Shown: in pieces, positions 36,054 through 45,131 of the stretch
Numbering within the stretch: position 1 is the first letter of the stretch
Layout of the letters: each line of letters begins with the position of its first letter
Assembly: GCA_041752695.1 (NCBI GenBank)
Contig: JBGSVZ010000009.1
Location: forward strand, 76,984 to 140,983
DNA length: 64,000 nt
Origin: Terrimicrobiaceae bacterium
Lineage (GTDB): Bacteria > Verrucomicrobiota > Verrucomicrobiia > Chthoniobacterales > Terrimicrobiaceae
Direction of reading: 5' to 3'
Notes under the pieces: generated by a model
What the model was told of the DNA's origin: nothing
Databases searched by the model: none
What the model saw: the letters and a program-made list of their open reading frames with translations, nothing else
Position numbers and translations under genes: made by a program

Positions 36054-38869
36054 GCGCTGCGCGCCTTGGCCAGCGCTTCGGAGATCTTCGTCACATCGGT
36101 GCCACCGCCTTGCGCGGAATCCGGGCGTCCGCCGCCCTTACCGCCAACGAGCGGGGCAATCTCCTGGATGAGCTTGCCGGCCTGGAATTTCGCCGTGAGG
36201 TCCTTGGGCACGCTGGCGATCAACGCCACACGGCCGTTGGCGGCACCCGCGAGGAAGATGGGCCCGGCGTATTTCGGGCGGAGGAGCTCCACGATGGCTT
36301 GAAGAAGCTTGCCATCGGCGTCGGGAATTTCCGCGACACAAAAGCCGGGATGCGCTTCAGCGAGTTCATTTGCCACGGTGAGCGCGCGGGTCTTGAGTTC
36401 GGCCTCGGCGGCTTTGGCGTTTTGTTTTTCCCACTCCCGCACTTCGGCATCGAGCTTCTCGAGTTGCGCGGCGCGGGCCTCCAGGGAAGCAAGGATCGTG
36501 GAATCGGTCGCGAGATTAGGCAACGCGGCCAGACCTGACTTTTTGCGTGCGAGGGTTTCAAAACGTTCGTCGTGACGGACCGCTTCCTGTTTGGCCCATT
36601 CGGAAACTGCCCCGCCCGCCACCGCTTCAATGCGGCGCACGCCCGCGGCAATCGCGCCTTCGGAAACGATTTTGAAATACCCAATGTCACCCGTCGTCCG
36701 GGTGTGCGTGCCCGCGCAAAGTTCCATGGAATATCCGTCCAGTTGACCCGGGGTGCCGCCGATTTGGACGACCCGAACGGTCTCACCGTATTTGTCGCCG
36801 AAGAACTGCATGATGTCCGCGCGGCCGCGAACGTCGGCATAAGCGAGTTCCGTCCAGGACACCGGCGCGTTTTCCGCGATCCGTTCGTTGACGAGCTTTT
36901 CGATGCCTTTCACTTGCTCCGCCGTGAGCGGGGCGCAATTAAAGTCGAAGGTCAGCTTTTCCGGTCCGACGAAGGAACCCTTCTGCGTGGCTTCCGGAGA
37001 GACAACTTCATGCAAGGCCCAGTGAAGCAAATGCGTGACGGAATGATGGCGTTGAATGGCTTCACGGCGGGGGAGTTCGACAGAAAGGGTCACGGAGGAG
37101 CCGATTTCCGGAGCATCGTCCGAGGAGAGAAAATGCAGCCAAGTCTGACCGACTTTCTGAGTATTAGCGATCCGCCACGTCTGACCCGACCCGGACAGTT
37201 CGCCGGAGTCGCCCACTTGCCCGCCCATTTCGGCGTAGCAAACACTCGTGTCGAGAACGACAGCTGTCTGTTGGAGTCCAGCCTTTAGGCTGTCCGGGGA
37301 ACAGGCTGAAGCCTGAACTCCAACGGCCTTCTTGAGACTGACGACCTCGAGAACCTTCGCAGGCGTCGCAAAGGAGTCGTATCCGACAAAGCTCGTCGGC
37401 TCCTTGGTCCCGACTTCGGAAAGTTCGATCACGGTCTTCTTCTGCGCGGCGCGGGCACGGGCGCGTTGTTCGTCCATGAGCTTTTCGAAGCCGGCTGTAT
37501 CAACGGTGAGGCCGCGTTCGCGAGCCATCAGCTCGGTGAGGTCGAGGGGAAATCCCTGTTCGTCATAGAGCCGAAAGGCTAATTCCCCCGAGATGCGTCC
37601 CTGCTTGGCGGACTCGGTGGAAAACAGCTCAATCCCCTTGTCCAGCGTCCGGTTAAACGCCTCTTCCTCGCGCTTGAGCGTCTCCTCAACGAGCTTTTGC
37701 TTCGCCCGGATCTCCGGAAACACATCGCCCATCTCGCGCGCCAGCACGGGGCCGAGTTTGTAGAAAAACGGCTCCTGAAATCCCAGCGCCCGCCCATAAC
37801 GCACGGCGCGGCGAAGGATGCGGCGGAGGACGTAGTTGCGGTCGGAGTTGCCGGGCTGGATGCCATCGGCCACGGCAAAGCTCAGTGTGCGGATATGGTC
37901 GGCAATGACCCGGAAGGCCACGTCGATTTTTTCCTGGTCGGTGTCCCCCGTGCTCCCGCTGACCGGCAGCGTGCTGCCGTATTTTTTGCCGCTGAGTTTT
38001 TCGATCTCGTCGAAGATCGGACGGAAAATATCGGTCTCGTAGTTCGAGATTTTCGCGGTGGCGAAGTCCGTGAAATTTTTTGTGCCCTGAATGATCGAAG
38101 TCACGCGCTCGAAGCCCATGCCGGTATCGACGTGCTGGGCCGGAAGGGGCGAAAATGTCCCGTCGGGGTTGGCGTTGAACTGGATGAACACGAGGTTCCA
38201 GATCTCAATGCAGCGGGCGTCGCCGACATTGACCAGCGAACCCTTGGTGTCCCCGGCAGGCGTGAGGTCCACGTGGAGTTCCGAGCAAGGTCCGCAGGGA
38301 CCGGTGTCGCCCATCATCCAGAAATTGTCCTTTTTGTTGCCGTTGACGATATGAACCGCCGGATCAAGGCCCTTGGCGCGGAACTTTTCCGCCCAATACC
38401 CCCAGGCTTCCTCGTCGCGCTCGGAGGGATCGCCGGCGGATTTATCGGGGTTGTAGATCGTGGCGTAGAGCCGGTTGGCCGGGAACCCCCAGCGTTCGAT
38501 CACCAGTTCCCATGCCCAGTCGATGGCTTCCTTTTTGAAGTAGTCCCCGAAGCTCCAGTTGCCGAGCATCTCGAAAAGCGTGTGGTGATAGGTGTCGAGT
38601 CCGACATCATCGAGGTCGTTGTGTTTGCCGCCGGCGCGGATGCATTTCTGGGTGTCCGCGGCGCGCGTGTCGCTACCGGGGACGGCTCCCGCCCATTTGG
38701 AAACATCCGCCTTGCGCTCGCCGAGGAAGATGGGGACGAACTGGTTCATCCCGGCGTTCGTAAACAGGAGGTTCGGGCTGTCGGGCATGAGGCTCGAACT
38801 GGGCACGACGGTGTGTCCTTTCCCATGGAAAAAATCGAGAAAACTTTGGCGGATTTGGGCGGATGTCAT
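36032..38869 (-). CDS. alaS: Alanine--tRNA ligase
   Basis: LLFTNAGMNQF, EMLGNWSFGDYFK, DTGMGFER, editing HSVTH and ELCAGTH, C-terminal GGKGGGRPDSAQGGG. Confidence 0.99.
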   Translation of the reverse strand: MTSAQIRQSFLDFFHGKGHTVVPSSSLMPDSPNLLFTNAGMNQFVPIFLGERKADVSKWAGAVPGSDTRAADTQKCIRAGGKHNDLDDVGLDTYHHTLFEMLGNWSFGDYFKKEAIDWAWELVIERWGFPANRLYATIYNPDKSAGDPSERDEEAWGYWAEKFRAKGLDPAVHIVNGNKKDNFWMMGDTGPCGPCSELHVDLTPAGDTKGSLVNVGDARCIEIWNLVFIQFNANPDGTFSPLPAQHVDTGMGFERVTSIIQGTKNFTDFATAKISNYETDIFRPIFDEIEKLSGKKYGSTLPVSGSTGDTDQEKIDVAFRVIADHIRTLSFAVADGIQPGNSDRNYVLRRILRRAVRYGRALGFQEPFFYKLGPVLAREMGDVFPEIRAKQKLVEETLKREEEAFNRTLDKGIELFSTESAKQGRISGELAFRLYDEQGFPLDLTELMARERGLTVDTAGFEKLMDEQRARARAAQKKTVIELSEVGTKEPTSFVGYDSFATPAKVLEVVSLKKAVGVQASACSPDSLKAGLQQTAVVLDTSVCYAEMGGQVGDSGELSGSGQTWRIANTQKVGQTWLHFLSSDDAPEIGSSVTLSVELPRREAIQRHHSVTHLLHWALHEVVSPEATQKGSFVGPEKLTFDFNCAPLTAEQVKGIEKLVNERIAENAPVSWTELAYADVRGRADIMQFFGDKYGETVRVVQIGGTPGQLDGYSMELCAGTHTRTTGDIGYFKIVSEGAIAAGVRRIEAVAGGAVSEWAKQEAVRHDERFETLARKKSGLAALPNLATDSTILASLEARAAQLEKLDAEVREWEKQNAKAAEAELKTRALTVANELAEAHPGFCVAEIPDADGKLLQAIVELLRPKYAGPIFLAGAANGRVALIASVPKDLTAKFQAGKLIQEIAPLVGGKGGGRPDSAQGGGTDVTKISEALAKARSALESSPA
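37270..37324. repeat. GGAG-type REP doublet, copy 6, in-frame inside alaS
   Basis: gttggagtccagcctttaggctg + 9 nt + caggctgaagcctgaactccaac; translated in AlaS as VGVQASACSPDSLKAGLQ. Confidence 0.93.
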
Positions 38870-39007
38870 GGCGCAGAAAACGAAAAGGGCAACAGCCTAC
38901 GCAAGCGGCGGCAAAGGTAAAGCGTGAGGAAGCGGGGCCTTCGGGGTCCATTTCCGGGTTGCGCAAAAAGCGCGCCTCGCCGTTACTGCACGACGCCGCT
39001 CACCGCC

Positions 39008-39949
39008 ATGCGTGATTTTTTCCAGAAGCTCGACCACGCCTTGCAGGAGGGAGCGGTCACCCTTGCCTCGGTCGTGAAAGCCCGCGGGTCCACGCCGCGC
39101 CTCGCCGGGGCGCGGATGTTTGTGGCGGACACCGGCCCGGCGGTGGGAACGATCGGCGGGGGGATGACGGAGGGCCGGGTTTTGCTTCTGGCCCGGGAAA
39201 CCCTGAACGACGGCCGGCCGCGACTTTTTGAAGCCGACCTGCGAGGCCGGCCGGGGGAAGTGCGCGACGGAATCTGCGGAGGCACGATGACCCTCTGGCT
39301 CACCCGGCTCACCCGGCAGAATGCCGGTGATGTCGTGAGCGCCACATGGGCCGCTTTGGATTCGGGAAAAAAAGTGGCGATTTGCACGAGTCTCGACGAG
39401 GCCCAGCCTGTCTCCCTCGAGATTGTCGGTGCGGGCCACTTTGTCGAAACCCTCACTCCCGACCCGCATCTTCTGGTCGTCGGAGCAGGCCACATCGGGC
39501 GTTGCCTCGCTAAATTGGCGCGACAATTGGGGTTCCAGGTTTCCGTCCAGGATGAGCGCGCCGAATGGCTGGAGAGCACGGCGTTTCCCCCGGATTGCCG
39601 CTTGGAAACGGACCTGCCGCAGGCGGTGGAAACCGTGCGGGGATGGGAAGGTGGGCGCTACGCGGCGCTGGTGACCCGCGGATTCCCCCAGGATCTCGAG
39701 GCCCTGGCCATCCTCGGTCGGAGCGGGGATTTTGACTACGTCGGACTGCTGGGCAGCCGAAAGCGGGTGCAAACGGTCCTGGAAGCGCATTCCGCAACGA
39801 GCGCGTCCGATTTTCCCGCCGGTGTGCTGCACGCGCCCGTGGGGCTGGAAATTGGGGCCGAAACGCCCGACGAAATCGCCGTGAGCATTGCCGCCGAAAT
39901 GATCGGGGTGCGACGGCGCCATCAACGGCCGTTGGAGTCCAAGCTTTAG
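39008..39949 (+). CDS. XdhC/CoxI-family molybdenum hydroxylase accessory protein
   Basis: GSTPR, GTIGGG, ICGG, VVGAGHIG, YVGLLGSRKR and APVGLEIGAETPDEIAVSIAAE. Confidence 0.92.
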   Translation: MRDFFQKLDHALQEGAVTLASVVKARGSTPRLAGARMFVADTGPAVGTIGGGMTEGRVLLLARETLNDGRPRLFEADLRGRPGEVRDGICGGTMTLWLTRLTRQNAGDVVSATWAALDSGKKVAICTSLDEAQPVSLEIVGAGHFVETLTPDPHLLVVGAGHIGRCLAKLARQLGFQVSVQDERAEWLESTAFPPDCRLETDLPQAVETVRGWEGGRYAALVTRGFPQDLEALAILGRSGDFDYVGLLGSRKRVQTVLEAHSATSASDFPAGVLHAPVGLEIGAETPDEIAVSIAAEMIGVRRRHQRPLESKL

Positions 39950-39989
39950 CTTGTGCCGGAGGGGAACAGCCTGAAGGCTGGACTCCAAC
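39931..39989. repeat. GGAG-type REP doublet, copy 7 (contains the xdhC stop)
   Basis: gttggagtccaagctttagcttg + 13 nt + cagcctgaaggctggactccaac. Confidence 0.9.
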
Positions 39990-40003
39990 ACCTTCCGCCC
40001 GTC

Positions 40004-40609
40004 GTGCCATCGAACCTCCACGCCATCATTCTAGCGGCCGGTGCCTCGGATCGTATGGGGCGCGACAAAGCCGCCCTGCCGTGGCTCGACGAATCCCTGC
40101 TCCTGCCCTGGATGGTCAACGCTCTTAGCAGTGCAGGCTGGCAGCCGAAGGTGGTCTTGGGTCCGCACACCGAACCGTTCTGGCGCGATCGACTGCCGGG
40201 GGGTTCCCTCTGCCTCAATCCCCGGCCGGAACTCGGAAAAATCACGTCCGTCCAGACCGGACTGCGCGCCATCCCTCCGGATGCCCGCGCGATTCTCATC
40301 ACGGCCGTCGATCAACCCCGTCCGCCCGCCCTCTACCGTCAACTCGCACGTCTGGCCGGAACCAGTGCTGTCCTCGTGCCGGACCATGCCGGACACCGCG
40401 GGCATCCGGTCGTGCTTTCCGCGGATTTCCGGGACGAACTGGCCACCCTGAGCGAACAGAGCCTCGGGCTTCGCGGGTTTCTTGACGAGCACCGCACCGA
40501 CACCACCTTGGTGCCCTGCCCGCAGGATTGGCTGCGCTGGGATTTCAACACGCCCGACGCCTATCACGAGGCCCTGGCGTGGTTCCGCTCCGATCAGAGC
40601 GCCCCATAA
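40004..40609 (+). CDS. MocA/MobA-like nucleotidyltransferase
   Basis: AIILAAGASDRMGRDKA, VDQP, GHP and DFNTP. Start uncertain: GTG 40004, or GTG 39953 inside the REP. Confidence 0.88.
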   Translation: MPSNLHAIILAAGASDRMGRDKAALPWLDESLLLPWMVNALSSAGWQPKVVLGPHTEPFWRDRLPGGSLCLNPRPELGKITSVQTGLRAIPPDARAILITAVDQPRPPALYRQLARLAGTSAVLVPDHAGHRGHPVVLSADFRDELATLSEQSLGLRGFLDEHRTDTTLVPCPQDWLRWDFNTPDAYHEALAWFRSDQSAP

Positions 40610-41754
40610 AGCGCCTGCACCAAGGAAACCGCGCGAGCCTTGGGCAGCACGCCGGTTTCCATCTGATTCATCACGTAGGCGAAACCCAGACCGTTCTCGG
40701 GATCGGCAAAGGCCAGGCTGCCGCCCGCGCCCGGGTGGCCAAAGGCCCGGACAGACGGGCCGAACATGCAGCGCTTTTTCCGTCCGTCCGCCGCCACCGG
40801 ATCCAACATAAATCCGGCCGAAAACGCCGTCTCGGTGCGCAGGGTTTTGTCCAGCCCCTGGGCCAGCGGTGTCGTCATCCACGCGATCGCCTGTTCCGAA
40901 AAATAGCGTCGGCCATCAAACTCGCCACCCGCGGCAAGCATGGCATAAAATTTCGCCAGCGCGGTCGCGCTCCCGATGCCACCGAGGGAGGGCAGGCTCG
41001 CGCTCCGCACGGCGGGAGCGTTCATCGCGGTGGCTCCCAGCGGGCCGGCTGGCGCGGAAAATGCCGCCCGGGTGAGCGAGGCCGGATCCGCCAAGGCGCG
41101 GGTAAAATCCTCCTCGGCATCCCCTGCGCCTGCGCGGGCCGCAATCATCTGCGCGACCCGGGAATGTTTCGCCTCGGGCAGGCCGATCCAAAGATCCAAT
41201 CCGAGCGGCTCGCCAAACTGCGCCCGCCAGTAATCGCCCAGCGTCTGATTCGTCAGACGGCGGACAATTTCATCCGCGAGAAACCCGTAGGTGCGCGGAC
41301 CATAACCATGCCCGCCCGCCGCCTCCCAAAGCGGCGCCTGTTTTTCCATGGCGGCCACCACGGCATCGTGGTCCAAAAGGTTCGCCGTCTTGTCGTCCAG
41401 GGCGGCCAATCCCGCCCGATGCGAAAGAACCTCCCCCGCCGTCACAAACTCCTTTCCACCCTGCGCAAATCCCGGCCAGAAATCCGCGACCCGCACCGTC
41501 AGATCCAGCCCGGACGCCTCCAGGGCGTGCAGGACACAGGCGCTGGAAAGCCCTTTGGTGGCCGACCAAACCAGCACCATGGTGTCCGGGGTCCAGGGCA
41601 CCGAACGCGCCGCATCCCGCCACCCCCGGCAAAAACAGCGCACCTCGCGTCCCTCCTGCCAGAAGGCAACCGACGCCCCGACTTCGCGCCCGGTGTCGAA
41701 ATTTCGCTTGAAAGCCTCCTCCAGCCGCGCGACGGCTTCCGCCCCGACAATCAC
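40594..41754 (-). CDS. Serine hydrolase/esterase, beta-lactamase family
   Basis: WSATK (SxxK), LSHRAGL, HGYG and FGHPGAGGS; GTGA overlap with the upstream TPR gene. Confidence 0.9.
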   Translation of the reverse strand: MIVGAEAVARLEEAFKRNFDTGREVGASVAFWQEGREVRCFCRGWRDAARSVPWTPDTMVLVWSATKGLSSACVLHALEASGLDLTVRVADFWPGFAQGGKEFVTAGEVLSHRAGLAALDDKTANLLDHDAVVAAMEKQAPLWEAAGGHGYGPRTYGFLADEIVRRLTNQTLGDYWRAQFGEPLGLDLWIGLPEAKHSRVAQMIAARAGAGDAEEDFTRALADPASLTRAAFSAPAGPLGATAMNAPAVRSASLPSLGGIGSATALAKFYAMLAAGGEFDGRRYFSEQAIAWMTTPLAQGLDKTLRTETAFSAGFMLDPVAADGRKKRCMFGPSVRAFGHPGAGGSLAFADPENGLGFAYVMNQMETGVLPKARAVSLVQALYGAL

Positions 41755-42224
41755 TTGCCGAGCAGATCCTTCACGGACTTGAGATCGGGATCGTATTTCG
41801 CCAGCTCGCGGAATTTTTTGTCCAACTGAAAACTTGCCTCCAAATGTTGGCTGGCCTCGTCGAGGTTGCCGAGCACCGCATTGTAACACCCCAGGTTATA
41901 ATGATAGGTCGGTTCGCTCAGCAGGCAGGCGGGACCGGCAAGAAGCAAGTTTTTCGCATCGAGCGTCCGCCCGATTTCGTGCAAACAAAACGCCCCGTGA
42001 ATATACCCGGTGGTGCATTCCGGCCGTTCCCTCCGCAGACGCGCGCAGACATCAAGGGCTTCGTCCCATCGCCGGGAATGCATAAACACAAAAAGCCGCA
42101 TCTGCTGCACTTCCTCGCGGGCCAGGTCTTCCGCCGACAACCCGTCGATCTCACGCAGCGCCTCATCCGGCATCTCCAACTCGATGTACCCCTGCGCCGC
42201 CACCAGCGAACGTTCCAATGACAT
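41751..42224 (-). CDS. Small TPR-repeat protein
   Basis: AAQGYIELEM, YNLGCY and A-x-x-DPDL terminal motif. Confidence 0.85.
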   Translation of the reverse strand: MSLERSLVAAQGYIELEMPDEALREIDGLSAEDLAREEVQQMRLFVFMHSRRWDEALDVCARLRRERPECTTGYIHGAFCLHEIGRTLDAKNLLLAGPACLLSEPTYHYNLGCYNAVLGNLDEASQHLEASFQLDKKFRELAKYDPDLKSVKDLLGK

Positions 42225-42230
42225 CCGTGC

Positions 42231-42259
42231 CAGATAAGACCAAAATGCGCCGGTTGCAA
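42231..42259 (-). promoter_or_regulatory. Sigma70-like promoter, probably leaderless
   Basis: TTGCAA-17 nt-TATCTG, 6 nt before ATG 42224. Confidence 0.45.
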
Positions 42260-42275
42260 TCCCGGATCAAAAAAC

Positions 42276-43346
42276 TCAGGCGACCGTGATTTTTTCGGAA
42301 AGATAAACGTCCTGGATGGTGTTGAGCAGCTTGATGCCGTCGGCCATCGGACGCTGGAACGCCTTGCGTCCAGAAATGAGCCCCGTGCCGCCCGCGCGTT
42401 TGTTGACCACGGCCGTGAAGGCCGCATCCGCAAAATCATGCGCCCCGCTCGCGCCGCCGGAGTTGATCAACCCGGCCCGGCCCATGTAGCAATTCGCCAC
42501 CTGATAGCGGCAGAGATCGATCGGGTGGTCGGTGGTCAGTTCGGTGTAAATGCGTTCGTCGAGTTTGCCGTAGCTGGACCCGCCCGTATTGAGCGCCTTG
42601 AAGCCACCGTTGTTCTCGGGGAGCTTTTGTTTAATGATGTCCGCCTGGATCGTGACGCCGAGGTGATTCGCCTGACCCGTGAGGTCGGCGGAGACATGAT
42701 AATCCTTGTCGCCCTTGATGTTGAACGCGCTGTTGCGCAGGTAACACCACAGGACGGTTGCCATGCCGAGTTCGTGCGCGAGCGCAAAGGCCTCGGCGAT
42801 TTCGACGATCTCGCGGCCCGCATCATCGGACCCAAAATAAATCGTCGCCCCCACCGCCGCCGCGCCAAGATTGTAGGCATCCTTCACCGTGCCAAAGAGG
42901 ATTTCCTTATGCTGGTTCGGGTAGGTGAGCAGCTCGTTATGGTTAATTTTAACGAGGAAGGGAATTTTGTGCGCGTATTTGCGGGAAACCGAGGCCAGCA
43001 CGCCGAAGGTCGAGGCGACGGAATTGCACCCGCCTTCGATCGCCAGTTTGACGATGTTCTCGGAATCAAAATAGATCGGATTTTTCGCGAAGCTGGCACC
43101 GGCGGAATGCTCGATGCCCTGATCGACTGGCAGAATGGAAACATACCCCGTGCCCGCCAGGCGGCCGGTGTTGTAGATCCAATGCAGGTTGTTCAACACG
43201 CGCTGATTGCGATTCGTCTGCGCGAAAATCCGGTCCACAAAATCGGGCCCAGGCAGGTGCAGCAGATCCTTGGAGATCGTCTTGCATTCGTGATTGAGAA
43301 GGGAATCGGCTTTGTCGCCGAGGAGGGAGAGGATGGAGTCGTTCAT
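42276..43346 (-). CDS. fbaB: Class I (DhnA-type) fructose-bisphosphate aldolase
   Basis: [23 protein letters not shown] and [17 protein letters not shown]. Confidence 0.96.
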   Translation of the reverse strand: MNDSILSLLGDKADSLLNHECKTISKDLLHLPGPDFVDRIFAQTNRNQRVLNNLHWIYNTGRLAGTGYVSILPVDQGIEHSAGASFAKNPIYFDSENIVKLAIEGGCNSVASTFGVLASVSRKYAHKIPFLVKINHNELLTYPNQHKEILFGTVKDAYNLGAAAVGATIYFGSDDAGREIVEIAEAFALAHELGMATVLWCYLRNSAFNIKGDKDYHVSADLTGQANHLGVTIQADIIKQKLPENNGGFKALNTGGSSYGKLDERIYTELTTDHPIDLCRYQVANCYMGRAGLINSGGASGAHDFADAAFTAVVNKRAGGTGLISGRKAFQRPMADGIKLLNTIQDVYLSEKITVA

Positions 43347-43563
43347 GGCGTGAAGCGGGTGAACGTCCCGTTTAGGCCGAGCAAGGGCGGTTGTCGAGTC
43401 CAGCTTCGACAAGAGACGTTTTCCCGCTCGGGAATGAATCGAAGGAATGGACAAAACCGCAGTCATTTATTCCCAAACGGGGAGTATTGCCGGCATTCCC
43501 GACTGCCCCGAGCCCTATAAACAAATCTCCGGCCCGGTTCCCCGGGCCGGAGGCCGCAAAAGA

Positions 43564-44640
43564 TCAGGCGTTGCGCCCGATGCAGTTCAGGTCCTCGAAG
43601 GAGCTGAGGAGGCGCTTGGTGAAGGCCGCTTCGCCAGCGCCGACCCACACGCGCGGGTCGTAATATTTTTTGTTCGGCGCATCGGGACCTTTCGGGTTGC
43701 CGATCTGGCCCTGCAGGTAGTCATGGTTGGCGGCCTCGTATTCGCGAACGCCGTCCCAGAACGCCCATTGCAGGTCGGTGTCGAGGTTCATCTTGATCGC
43801 GCCGTAGCCGAGGGCTTCGCGGATTTCCTCGCGGGTCGAACCCGAACCGCCGTGGAAGACAAAGTTCACCGGTTTCGGTCCTGTGCCGAACTTCTCTTCA
43901 ATGTATTTCTGCGAGTCGTTGAGGATGGTCGGCTTGAGTTTCACGTTGCCGGGTTTGTACACGCCATGGACGTTGCCGAAGGCCGCCGCCACAGTGAAGT
44001 TCGGGCTCACCTTGAGGAGAGTTTCGTAAGCCAGGGCCACTTCCTCGGGTTTGGTGTAGAGGCTGGATTCCTCAACGCCGGAATTGTCCACCCCGTCTTC
44101 CTCGCCGCCGGTGACGCCGAGCTCGATTTCCAGGGTCATGCCCATCTTCGCCATGCGCTCGAGGTATTTGGCGCAGATCTCGAGGTTTTCCTCAATCGGT
44201 TCCTCGGACAGATCCAGCATGTGCGAGCTGTAGAGGGGTTTGCCGGTTTTGGCGAACTGCTCTTCGCTGGCCGCCAGCATGCCGTCCACCCAGGGAAGGA
44301 GTTTTTTGGCGCAATGGTCGGTGTTGAGAATGACGGGCACGCCGTAGGCCTTGGCCGCCGCATCCACGTAATGCGCCCCGGCAATGCCGCCGAGGACGGG
44401 GCCGAGCTGATTGTCGCCCTTTACGCCTTTGCCGATGAAAAACTGGGCGCCGCCATTGGAGAACTGGATCATCGTCGGGGACTTGACCTCACGCGCGGCG
44501 GCCAGGGTGGCGTTCACCGTGCTGGTGCTGATGCAATTGACGGCCGGAAGCGCGAACTCGTTCGCCTTCGCGTAGTCCAGCATTTCCTTCACCTCTTCGC
44601 CGAAGAGAACCCCGGCCCGGAATTGTTTTTTGTCGCTCAT
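43564..44640 (-). CDS. fbaA: Class II (type A) fructose-bisphosphate aldolase
   Basis: TDHCAKKLLPW, GVTGGEEDG, FGNVHGVYKPG, FHGGSG and PNKKYYDPR. Confidence 0.97.
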   Translation of the reverse strand: MSDKKQFRAGVLFGEEVKEMLDYAKANEFALPAVNCISTSTVNATLAAAREVKSPTMIQFSNGGAQFFIGKGVKGDNQLGPVLGGIAGAHYVDAAAKAYGVPVILNTDHCAKKLLPWVDGMLAASEEQFAKTGKPLYSSHMLDLSEEPIEENLEICAKYLERMAKMGMTLEIELGVTGGEEDGVDNSGVEESSLYTKPEEVALAYETLLKVSPNFTVAAAFGNVHGVYKPGNVKLKPTILNDSQKYIEEKFGTGPKPVNFVFHGGSGSTREEIREALGYGAIKMNLDTDLQWAFWDGVREYEAANHDYLQGQIGNPKGPDAPNKKYYDPRVWVGAGEAAFTKRLLSSFEDLNCIGRNA

Positions 44641-44760
44641 AAGAATGGGATAATGGATTGCCCGCCCGCGCAATACCGTCCGCGGGGAGTGTTGTCGAGT
44701 CCGGGTTTTTTCGGGGGAGGTTTCGGCAGGAAATGCCCAGTGCGGCAGCCCGGCGGAGGG

Positions 44761-45111
44761 TTACCCTCCCGCGATGGCGCCGATGATGAACAACGGTTCT
44801 TTCCCGGAAGAAACGTCTTCCGGCAGGAGCGTATCTGGCGCGTCGTTGGACAAATCGTTTCCCCCGGCAAAAAAGCGGAGGAAGGCCCGGCGTTTCCGCG
44901 TCCCGTGGTCACGAATGGTCCCTCGCAGCATCGGAAAATTCTCTTCGAGCGCATTCAGCACGGCCTCGATCGAGATCGGCTCGGCCACCTCAACGGTCAC
45001 CTCATCGTCCACCCGCGCCAGATTCCGGAGGTGAAACGGCAGCACGATGCGGATGAGGGAGGGCCGAGGGCCGGGGGCCGGGGGCCGAGGGGAGTTGTGC
45101 GGTGTCCTCAT
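44761..45111 (-). CDS. MoaD/ThiS-family ubiquitin-like protein
   Basis: LPFHLRNLA, LRGTIRD and C-terminal GAIAGG. Confidence 0.9.
   Translation of the reverse strand: MRTPHNSPRPPAPGPRPSLIRIVLPFHLRNLARVDDEVTVEVAEPISIEAVLNALEENFPMLRGTIRDHGTRKRRAFLRFFAGGNDLSNDAPDTLLPEDVSSGKEPLFIIGAIAGG
45061..45092. repeat. Heptamer array within the MoaD-like N-terminus
   Basis: gggccga gggccgg gggccgg gggccga gggg. Confidence 0.55.
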
Positions 45112-45131
45112 ATCACTCGGCCCTTTCACTT

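Noticed and set aside
295..39989. Repeat-spacer-repeat units as a CRISPR array
   Set aside because: Arms are inverted, spacers are only 9-15 nt, copies are dispersed and there are no cas genes; the pattern fits REP doublets.
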